A DNA stretch of 44,417 nucleotides from Frankiales bacterium (GTDB taxonomy: Bacteria > Actinomycetota > Actinomycetes > Mycobacteriales > SCTD01), in NCBI GenBank assembly GCA_025352005.1, contig JANXUE010000291.1, forward strand, positions 1 to 44,417. The letters run 5' to 3'. Below the pieces are notes generated by a model. The model ran no database searches, was not told where the DNA came from, and saw only the letters and a program-made list of their open reading frames with translations. Position 1 is the stretch's first letter. Every line of letters begins with the position of its first letter. Positions 37,066-44,417 of this stretch are shown one piece after another. Both the position numbers and the translations under genes were made by a program.

Positions 37066-37184
37066 GGCATGCTCGCTGCGCCGACGATGATGCTCGTCCA
37101 CACATGATGTGGGCCAGCTCTTTCTGCCGTACCTGACCACGCCCACGGGCTCGGAGCGTGAGCCGCCTGGGAGTGGTCAACCCC

Positions 37185-39281
37185 TCACCCGCCGGGACGC
37201 CACCACGGCTTGCGCTTGGCTGGGCGGTCTGCGGCGGACGGCAGCTGTGGCGGGGTAGACCCCTGCTCCGATGGAACTGCTGACCGCACCTGCGCGCGCG
37301 CGGTCTCAGGCCGTTGCACCTCAGACCGATCCGGCTCAGGCGACGACGTGATGGCTGCCGCGGGTCCGGCTGCGGGCGGTGTGGGGGCCGGCGGTTCGGG
37401 TGCCAGCGGTTCGGGTGCCGGCGGTTCGGGTGCCAGCGGTTCGGGTGCCAGCGGTTCGGGTGCCGGCGCTTCGGGTGCCGGCGCTTCGGGAGCCGGCGGT
37501 GGCACGGACGTGGCAGCCGACCTGGCCTGCGCTGCGGTCAGCGCTTGGGCGGGGACCGGAGGCCCGTGAGGTGCCGACGCGGAGGGGGTGGGGGCCGGCG
37601 GTGACGCCGGTGGGACGCTGCCGGGCTGCGTCTGTGGCCCTGACAGCGTCGCAGCGTTCGCCACGGTCACCGACTTGGTCACCGATATGGACGGCGACGG
37701 TGACTCTGCTGCCAGTCCGGGTGCGGGTTCCGGGTTGACGTCAACGCGTGGTTTCGCAGGTGGCTCGGCGAGCGCTGCCGGCCCTGACGACGCAGCCGAA
37801 GCGGCAGATGCCTCGGTGGCTGAGGGTGAGACAGAGGCCGCTGGTGTCACTGGCAGCGCTGACACCGACTCGGGCACGGCGGATGCTTCCGGGACGGCGG
37901 ACGCCGGCGAGACGGAGACGGGCGCCCGTTCGAACGTGGGCGCGAGGCCTGTCGTGACCGACGGTCGATTCTCCGGCGACTCGACCGGGGCACGGGACCC
38001 CTCCGCGACCTCGACAGCGACAGGCTCGACCGGCTCGACCGGCTCGACCGGGGCGGGCTCGGCTGCCACCACAGCGGGCGGGAGCTCGGCCGGGGGCACT
38101 GCCGGCGGCGGGGAGTGGCCGACGTCTTCCCCTTCGACTTCAGCTGCCTCCACGTCCTTGTCCGGCACCTCAGCTGGGCCACCGAGCGCGAGGCCACCGG
38201 CACGTCCACTACTGCGACGGCGCAGAAGCGCCTCAGCCAGCGCCAGTACGGCCTCGTCGACGTGCGCCAGGACGCGCCGCTCGCTGTCCGCCGTGACGGT
38301 CCGGACGACGGCCTCGGTGTCCGCCTTCACCTTCGGAGACAAGGCCTCCCCGAGCTGCGCCACCAGGGCCGCACTGACGCGCGTCAGCACGACGTCGGCA
38401 ATGCGCGGCGCGAGCGTCTCCACGAGGCGGTCGGCGACGGAGCGGCTGACGAGGTCGGCCACGTCCTCCGCCGGAGGCGGCGCGGACTCCGCGACCCGCT
38501 CCCCCAGCGACACGAGGTCGTCCCGCAGCGAGGCGATGCCGAGGGACAGCGTCCTACCCGTGGTGTCGTCCCGGAGGGCGTTGACGCCCTGGTCGACGAG
38601 GCCGACCTTGTCGTGCAGGCCCTGCAGCTCCTCGACCCGAGCCGTAAGTCGGGTCAGGTCGGTCGCGAGCGAAGGGATGCCGCCGGCAGCGTCGCCCACG
38701 TTGGCGAGCCGCTCCCCGACCTGTCCCAGTCGGTCCTCCACGGCCCCGAGTGCGGCACCGAGCTGCTCCAGCCGGTTGCCCATGGCGCCGTCGAGGGACG
38801 TGCGTAGGTCCCCGAGGCCGCTACGCAGCAGCGACGCCAGGGCATCGGGGAATCCGGCGAGAACGTCCAGCGCACCCTTCATCCGCTCGATCGAGTCCGC
38901 CTGGGCGGCGATATCCGCCTGGAGAGCGGTCAGCCGCACGGCGGCCCGCTCCGTCGGCGCTGCAGCCTCGGTCGCGACGGCGTCGACCCGCTTGGACAGC
39001 GCGTCGATCCGCTGGCCGAGCAACGAGGTCGACGTCCGCAGGTCCGCAACGACGGTGCTGACGACGCCACCGAGGCGCTCTACAGCGGCATCGGAGGCGG
39101 CCAGCCCGATCCCCGCCGACAGGGCGGTGACCTGGGTCCGGAGCTCGCGCATGACCGAGGAGACGGCCCGCTGCTCGGTGACCTGCTCCTCCACGGCCCG
39201 CGAGAGCAGGGCCTGCATCCGGTCGCTCACAGGTCCGGCCAGAGGCATGGCTGGGGGCGGTCCGCCTGGGCTGTCGGTCAC
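37185..39281 (-). CDS. Hypothetical protein: long coiled-coil N-terminus, Pro/Ala-rich disordered tail, terminal KPWW motif
   Basis: AGGAGGAGG SD; heptad-like Leu/Val pattern over about 350 aa; low-complexity tail ending KRKPWWRPGG. Confidence 0.75.
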   Translation of the reverse strand: MTDSPGGPPPAMPLAGPVSDRMQALLSRAVEEQVTEQRAVSSVMRELRTQVTALSAGIGLAASDAAVERLGGVVSTVVADLRTSTSLLGQRIDALSKRVDAVATEAAAPTERAAVRLTALQADIAAQADSIERMKGALDVLAGFPDALASLLRSGLGDLRTSLDGAMGNRLEQLGAALGAVEDRLGQVGERLANVGDAAGGIPSLATDLTRLTARVEELQGLHDKVGLVDQGVNALRDDTTGRTLSLGIASLRDDLVSLGERVAESAPPPAEDVADLVSRSVADRLVETLAPRIADVVLTRVSAALVAQLGEALSPKVKADTEAVVRTVTADSERRVLAHVDEAVLALAEALLRRRSSGRAGGLALGGPAEVPDKDVEAAEVEGEDVGHSPPPAVPPAELPPAVVAAEPAPVEPVEPVEPVAVEVAEGSRAPVESPENRPSVTTGLAPTFERAPVSVSPASAVPEASAVPESVSALPVTPAASVSPSATEASAASAASSGPAALAEPPAKPRVDVNPEPAPGLAAESPSPSISVTKSVTVANAATLSGPQTQPGSVPPASPPAPTPSASAPHGPPVPAQALTAAQARSAATSVPPPAPEAPAPEAPAPEPLAPEPLAPEPPAPEPLAPEPPAPTPPAAGPAAAITSSPEPDRSEVQRPETARAQVRSAVPSEQGSTPPQLPSAADRPAKRKPWWRPGG
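37387..37491. repeat. 15-bp tandem repeat x7 encoding PE(A/P)(P/L)A
   Basis: Units GCC(G/A)GCG(G/C)TTCGGG(T/A) read directly. Confidence 0.9.
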
Positions 39282-39368
39282 CGCGGTGTTTCCTCCTCCT
39301 GGTCACCGTGGCCCACGGTAACGCGGCGAGCATCGCATCCGGCCACTCGCGCCGGTCTCAGCACGGGG

Positions 39369-40307
39369 TCAGACCCGCTGAGCGTCGGCGTCCTCTCGGA
39401 GGGCCAAGAAGGCGCGCGCCACCGTCTCTGGCTGTTCGAGCTGGGCGACATGCCCCACTCCGGGCAGCACCATCAGCCGCGAGTTGCGGAAGGCTGCGAG
39501 CGCCTTCGGAGCCAGCGAGACGTCCACCAGCCGGTCCTCGGTGCCCCAGACGAGCAGCGTAGGCACCCGCACCGTGCCGGCCTGGCGCCACAGGTTGCGC
39601 TGCCCGGGCTCCAGCCACGCGCCGATGAGCCCGCGCAGCGACCCGGTAAACGCGACCTCCCCGTGCGGCAGCGAGGAACGACGGACCACCTCATCCACGG
39701 CCTCCTGCATGCGCTGCGCGGGTACGACGGACGGGTCCCCGTAGCAGAGCTTGATCGTGGCGCGGGCCCGCTGCTCGGGACTGATCTCGGCCAGCCGGCG
39801 GCTGAGCAGCGTGGAGATTCCGGGAATCAGCAGCAGTGGCATCCGAGGGTCCACACCGCGACGCGGGCGCAAGGAGGGCAGCGCGGGCGAGACCAGCGTC
39901 AACGTGCGCACCAGGTCCGGGCGGCGGGCCGCGACCCGCGTCGCGACCGCGCCCCCGAGGCTGTTGCCGAACAGGTGCACCGGTCCGTGCTCCTGACGTT
40001 CCAGCAGGGTCACGACGGCCCGCACGTGTGTGCGCAGCGTGTACGACGCGGCGACCGGTGGTTCGGAGTGGCCGAAGCCCGGCAGGTCGAGGGCCACAGC
40101 GTCCAGCCGACCCGCGAGCAGACCCATCAGGTCGGTCCAGTTCGTTGACGCTCCTCCGAGCCCGTGGACGAACAGCGCCGGCTCGGCGCCTGTCGCTGGG
40201 GTTCGGCGAACGAACAGTCCGTGCTCGAGCCGGCCCGGCCAGGGCGGGAGCGTCCCCTCCCAGGTCGGCAGGTCGACGCCGGACAGGCGCACCTGCGTGC
40301 GGCTCAC
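39369..40307 (-). CDS. Alpha/beta hydrolase (Ser esterase/lipase)
   Basis: HGLGG, DLPGFG, GNSLGG, WGTEDRLV, GHVAQLE; GTGA coupling. Confidence 0.92.
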   Translation of the reverse strand: MSRTQVRLSGVDLPTWEGTLPPWPGRLEHGLFVRRTPATGAEPALFVHGLGGASTNWTDLMGLLAGRLDAVALDLPGFGHSEPPVAASYTLRTHVRAVVTLLERQEHGPVHLFGNSLGGAVATRVAARRPDLVRTLTLVSPALPSLRPRRGVDPRMPLLLIPGISTLLSRRLAEISPEQRARATIKLCYGDPSVVPAQRMQEAVDEVVRRSSLPHGEVAFTGSLRGLIGAWLEPGQRNLWRQAGTVRVPTLLVWGTEDRLVDVSLAPKALAAFRNSRLMVLPGVGHVAQLEQPETVARAFLALREDADAQRV

Positions 40308-41005
40308 GGCAGCCTCCAGGTGGCGGCGAGTGGCAGGTCCCGCGCTTCGCTGACCAAGGTGCTGGCGCGCCGCCCGACCGAGGTGAGGACCCCGTCCTGC
40401 AGCAGCACCCCGGACTCCTCGGGCAGACCGAGCACGGTCGTCCCCTCCGGCGTACCGGCCTCGATGGCCCGCTGCCAGTCGGCGCGACTCGACCCGCCGT
40501 TCCAGTGCGGAAGGACGAGCGTGTCGGGGACGATCCCGAGGCCCTTCGACACGGCCATCCCCGACGGTCCACGCTGGTCGGGCAGCACCGTCCAGCCGCA
40601 CAGGACCATGGCGCCGGCGCTGGCTCCCATCACGGCGCCGCCGTCCGCGACGAGGTCAACGAGCAGCTGACCCAGAGGCGTGGACGTCAGCGCGCTCAGC
40701 AGTCGCGACGGCGAACCGCCGGGGAGCACGACCAGGCGGGCCCCCCGGAGAGCGGCAAGCGCCCCCTCCGGATCGTCCCGCACATCGGGCGCTGCGAGCA
40801 CCTCTCTGGCACCGAGGGCTCGCAGATGCGTGACACCGTTGTCCGTGGCCGTGCGGTAGTCGCGCCCGACCGTCCCCGCGAGGGCTGTCACGACCACCGG
40901 CCCGGGAGCCAGGTCGAGCAGCTGCCTGTCCATGGCCCGGCAGCCGGGCGAGAACTCACCACCGCCCTGGAGGCACACCAGTCCTTGCGCGCGGTCACCG
41001 CTCAT
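40304..41005 (-). CDS. Peptidase S51 (PepE/cyanophycinase-like)
   Basis: LQGGGEF, LPGGS, GASAGAM, LPHW, GLPEES; leaderless TACGGT-N6-ATG. Confidence 0.82.
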   Translation of the reverse strand: MSGDRAQGLVCLQGGGEFSPGCRAMDRQLLDLAPGPVVVTALAGTVGRDYRTATDNGVTHLRALGAREVLAAPDVRDDPEGALAALRGARLVVLPGGSPSRLLSALTSTPLGQLLVDLVADGGAVMGASAGAMVLCGWTVLPDQRGPSGMAVSKGLGIVPDTLVLPHWNGGSSRADWQRAIEAGTPEGTTVLGLPEESGVLLQDGVLTSVGRRASTLVSEARDLPLAATWRLP

Positions 41006-41031
41006 CTGCTGACCGTAGCCCGGGGGGCAGG

Positions 41032-41778
41032 TCAGACGCCGGTCAACATCATCTCCAGGCGGCGGTTGAGCGCATCGAGGGTGGCGCGGATCACGGCCTG
41101 GCGGACGTCCTCGCGCACCCCCGCCGCTCCGGTGAGCCGCTCGGTGCCCTTGTCGGTGAGCAGCGTCAGCGACACCAGCACGGTCCGCTCATTACCCATC
41201 GGAGTCACCTCGAGGTGGTCGAGCTCGCAACGCATCTTCCCGCCGACCAGACGCTCGACGGCCCGCAACGTCGCTGCGGCGACAGCCCGGTGGACCCCGG
41301 TCTGCGAGGCGGCCCCGCGGGCCTCCCCGACGGCGGTCTGGTCGCCGGAGGACAGCGTGACGGTTGCCGTCACGTCCAGCCCGGACGAGACCAGGTGCAT
41401 ACGCGAGATCGCGGGGCGTGCGGCGGCCCGCTGCGCCGGCACGGACAGGTGAGCAGAAGCAGAGATGTGGGAGGGAACGGAGCGGTGGGTGCCGTCCGGG
41501 TGGTCCGACGCCGCGGGGGCGGACACCTGCGTGTCCTGGGTGACGATCCCCCGGTCCAGCACGGCGTCCTCGACCACCTGGACGCGGTCCACGTCCACAC
41601 CCAGCCCGAACTGCTCACGCAGCAGGCGACCGACGCTGCTCGCCACCGCGGCCTCATCGACCCCGGGCTCGAGGTCGAGCCGAAGCGTCCCCAGTCCACC
41701 GTGCTCGTCAGGGGTGACGTCGGCGTCCGTGATGCCGGGGATGGCACGCAACGCGGCTACGAGGTCGCGGTTGTCCAT
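41032..41778 (-). CDS. Hypothetical protein with a LeuA-regulatory-domain-like C-terminus
   Basis: Small N-terminal alpha/beta domain, linker, then ATVTL...GEARG...AVAAATLRAV...LTGAA...AVIRATLDALNR; start uncertain (41778 or 41799). Confidence 0.65.
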   Translation of the reverse strand: MDNRDLVAALRAIPGITDADVTPDEHGGLGTLRLDLEPGVDEAAVASSVGRLLREQFGLGVDVDRVQVVEDAVLDRGIVTQDTQVSAPAASDHPDGTHRSVPSHISASAHLSVPAQRAAARPAISRMHLVSSGLDVTATVTLSSGDQTAVGEARGAASQTGVHRAVAAATLRAVERLVGGKMRCELDHLEVTPMGNERTVLVSLTLLTDKGTERLTGAAGVREDVRQAVIRATLDALNRRLEMMLTGV

Positions 41779-41934
41779 CGCGGTCACGGGGATCTCCAAG
41801 GGCGAGGCCCGTCGGAGGCGGGCCGGTAGGACCAGGATCGACGCGTCTTCGTGGCTGGCAGAGGCCCGAACGATAGGAGTCAGGACCTCTCCGGCTGCTC
41901 CGATTGGCCCAATCGCAGGAGATACCAGCGAGCA

Positions 41935-42930
41935 CTAGGCCGTTTGGCGGGCTTTCGTGGCTTTCGCGGAGGCCTTGGTCGGCACTTTGCTCGCCGGGGC
42001 CTTCCTGGTCGGCGCCTTCTCGGTCGGCGTCTTCGTGGCAGGCGCCTTCTTGGCCCCCACTTTCCCGGCCGGCTCCTCGGCCGGTGACTTCGCCCGCCCC
42101 TTCCTTGCCGCCTGCGACCCCACGACGGGCGCTTTCGTGGCCGTGGCCGGTGCCTGGCTCTGCTTGGCGGCCTCGACGCTCGCGCGCAAGGCGGCCATCA
42201 GGTCCAGGACGGTCCCCGTCGAAGGCTGGCTGCCACCTGGCGCGATGACCTCGCGGCCCTCGACCTTGGCGTCGATCACCGCCTGCAGCGCCTCGCGGTA
42301 GGAGTCGGAGTACTGCGTCGGGTCGAACTGCCCGGACAGCGTCTCGATCAGGCTGCTCGCCATCGCGAGCTCCTGCGGACGGACCTCGATGTCCTCGTCG
42401 AGGAAGCCGAAATCGGGGGGGCGGACCTCGTCGGGCCAGAGCATCGTCTCGAGCACGAAGACGTTATCGCGAACCCGCAGGGTCGCCAGCGCCTCTCGGG
42501 TCCGCAAGGCGACCTTGACGATCGCGACCTTGCCGGACTGCTCGAGCGCCTCACGTAGCAGGACGTACGGCTTGTGACCCGCCTTCTCCGGTTCGAGGTA
42601 GTAGCTCTTGGCGAAGTAGATCGGGTCGACCTCGTCAAGCGGCACGAACTGCAGGACGTCGATCGCCTTGCTCGTGGTGAGGGGGAGGTCCCTGAAGTCG
42701 TCGTCCGTCAAAATGACGGTCTCCCCGCTGGGGAGCTCGTAGCCCTTCGCGATGTCGCCGTACACGACCTCCTCGCCATCTGCGGCAGCCACCCGCTTGT
42801 ACTTGATGCGGCTGCCGTCGGACCGGCGCACCTGGTGGAAGGAGACGTCCTTCTCCTCGGTCGCGCTGTAGAGCTTCACCGGGATCGTGACGAGCCCGAA
42901 GCTGATCGCGCCCTTCCAGATGGACCTCAT
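41935..42930 (-). CDS. ku: NHEJ DNA end-binding protein Ku
   Basis: MRSIWKGAISFGLVTIPVKLY, IAKGYE, SYYLEP, DLMAALRASV, Lys/Ala/Pro-rich tail; leaderless TAGCGT-N6-ATG. Confidence 0.97.
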   Translation of the reverse strand: MRSIWKGAISFGLVTIPVKLYSATEEKDVSFHQVRRSDGSRIKYKRVAAADGEEVVYGDIAKGYELPSGETVILTDDDFRDLPLTTSKAIDVLQFVPLDEVDPIYFAKSYYLEPEKAGHKPYVLLREALEQSGKVAIVKVALRTREALATLRVRDNVFVLETMLWPDEVRPPDFGFLDEDIEVRPQELAMASSLIETLSGQFDPTQYSDSYREALQAVIDAKVEGREVIAPGGSQPSTGTVLDLMAALRASVEAAKQSQAPATATKAPVVGSQAARKGRAKSPAEEPAGKVGAKKAPATKTPTEKAPTRKAPASKVPTKASAKATKARQTA

Positions 42931-43029
42931 GGCCGCACGCTATCTCGCCTTCGCCATGAAAGGAGGCACGAATCGGGCACCGTCCGCGCCTCGCGTCCGG
43001 ACCGCCCGGAACTGGGCAAGACTGCTCCC

Positions 43030-43983
43030 GTGACGTCGACCGCGCTGCCCGTCGGACTGTCGCCGATGCTCGCCTCGTCGGCGCCGCTCCCGGAGGGCCT
43101 CGGCTGGGCGTACGAAGTGAAGTGGGACGGCGCGCGGGCGCTCGTCGCCGTCGAGGGCAGCCGGGTGCGGGCGACCAGCCGCAACGGTGGCGACATCACC
43201 CGCGCCTTCCCGGAGCTGCAGGCCCTTCCCGCCTTGCTGGGCACGACCACACCGACGGCCCTGCTCGACGGCGAGCTGGTGGCCCTGGTCGACGGCCTAC
43301 CCGACTTCGGGGCTCTTCAGCAGCGGATGCACGTCCACTCGCCGCCGGCCGAGCTGGTCCACGCCGTGCCCGTCACGTTCGTCCCCTTCGACATCCTGCA
43401 CGTCGGGAACATGTCCCTGCTCGCGGCCTCCTACGACAAGCGCCGCGAGGTCCTGGACGCCCTGGGACTAGCGGCTCCAGCACCCTTCCACGGCGACGCC
43501 CAGGTGCTGCTGGACCTGACTTTCGCGCAGGGCCTCGAGGGCCTGGTCGCGAAGCGCCGCGACAGCCCCTACTTGCCGGGGCGGCGCAGCGACTGCTGGG
43601 TGAAGGCCAAGCACACCCGCCGCCAGTCGGCAGTCGTCTGCGGCTGGAAGGGCGGCGACGACGGCCGCGCCCCGACCCTCGGATCCCTGCTGCTGGGCGT
43701 CCACGGCCCGCACGGCCTCGTCTACGCGGGCCACGTCGGGACCGGCTTCAGCGCCGCCTCGCGCCGGCAGGTCGCCGCCGACCTCGCGCCCCTGTCCCGC
43801 TCCACCAGCCCGTACGACGGACCCGTGCCGGCCGAGCACGCCCGGGTGGCGCACTGGGTCGAGCCGGTGCTCGTCGTGGACGTGGAATTCGCAGCCTGGA
43901 CGCGCGACGGCCGGCTCAGGCACCCGTCGTACAAGGGGATGCGGGACGACCTGGCCCCTGCGGAGGTGTCCCGTGAGCCCTAG
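43030..43983 (+). CDS. ligD: ATP-dependent DNA ligase (stand-alone LigD ligase domain)
   Basis: YEVKWDG, LLDGEL, FDIL, EGLVAKR, WVKAK, VGTGF, LRHPSYKG; start inferred from AAGACT-N6-GTG. Confidence 0.92.
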   Translation: MTSTALPVGLSPMLASSAPLPEGLGWAYEVKWDGARALVAVEGSRVRATSRNGGDITRAFPELQALPALLGTTTPTALLDGELVALVDGLPDFGALQQRMHVHSPPAELVHAVPVTFVPFDILHVGNMSLLAASYDKRREVLDALGLAAPAPFHGDAQVLLDLTFAQGLEGLVAKRRDSPYLPGRRSDCWVKAKHTRRQSAVVCGWKGGDDGRAPTLGSLLLGVHGPHGLVYAGHVGTGFSAASRRQVAADLAPLSRSTSPYDGPVPAEHARVAHWVEPVLVVDVEFAAWTRDGRLRHPSYKGMRDDLAPAEVSREP

Positions 43984-44417
43984 CGAGGTGCTCGTCGACG
44001 TCGAAGGGCGGACGCTGAGGCTGACGAACCTGGAGAAGGTGCTCTACCCGGACGGGTTCACCAAGGGCCAGGTCATCGACTACTACTCACGAATCGCGCC
44101 GGTGCTGCTGCCGCACCTGGCCGACCGGGCAGTGACCCGCAAGCGCTACCCCAACGGCGTGCAGGGGGAGGTCTTCTTCGAGAAGAACGCCCCTCGCGGT
44201 ACGCCGGACTGGGTCCGCACCGTGGACCTCCCCTCCCCGGGGTCGACGAAGAACCGCGACGCCATCTCTTACGTCGTCATCGACTCGCTGGCCACCCTGG
44301 TCTGGACCGCAAACCTGGCCGCGCTCGAGCTGCACACCCACCAGTGGAAGGTCGGCGCCAAGGGCCCGGACCTGCTGGTCTTCGACCTCGACCCGGGGCC
44401 ACCCGCCTCCGCCGTCG
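43973..44417 (+). CDS. LigD polymerase (primase-polymerase) domain protein, truncated by window end
   Basis: LRLTNLEKVLYPDGFTKGQVIDYY, KRYPNG, FFEKNAP, ANLAALELH, PDLLVFDLDPG; overlaps the ligase stop. Confidence 0.92.
   Translation, partial: MSPSEVLVDVEGRTLRLTNLEKVLYPDGFTKGQVIDYYSRIAPVLLPHLADRAVTRKRYPNGVQGEVFFEKNAPRGTPDWVRTVDLPSPGSTKNRDAISYVVIDSLATLVWTANLAALELHTHQWKVGAKGPDLLVFDLDPGPPASAV

Overview
A high-GC actinobacterial chromosome segment with about 42 coding genes. I found no rRNA, tRNA or CRISPR array. The backbone is the conserved whiB7(wblC)-uvrD2-mrx1-nudC-adnAB-ATL-moeZ neighbourhood, followed by an NHEJ locus (ku plus separate LigD ligase and polymerase genes, the last cut by the window end). 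Accessory content includes a translationally coupled pair (869-aa Zn-dependent phospholipase C-like protein plus a His/Cys-motif, Ig-like partner), a GH25-Fn3 muramidase, an apparently circularly permuted alkaline-phosphatase/NPP-family enzyme, a VapBC-type module with a palindromic operator, a GNAT-S4 fusion, several small uncharacterised ORFs and a decayed IS5-family element. Regulatory structure is unusually easy to read: a complete whiB7 promoter/uORF/antiterminator/terminator leader, SigR/SigH-like and SigF/SigB-like promoters, many leaderless genes, and two 23-bp bidirectional promoters of identical geometry. The best candidates for undescribed biology are the PLC-like/partner operon (732-4588), the GNAT-S4 fusion, the permuted phosphatase and the microprotein behind whiB7. 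All family calls come from motif recognition by eye, not database searches.
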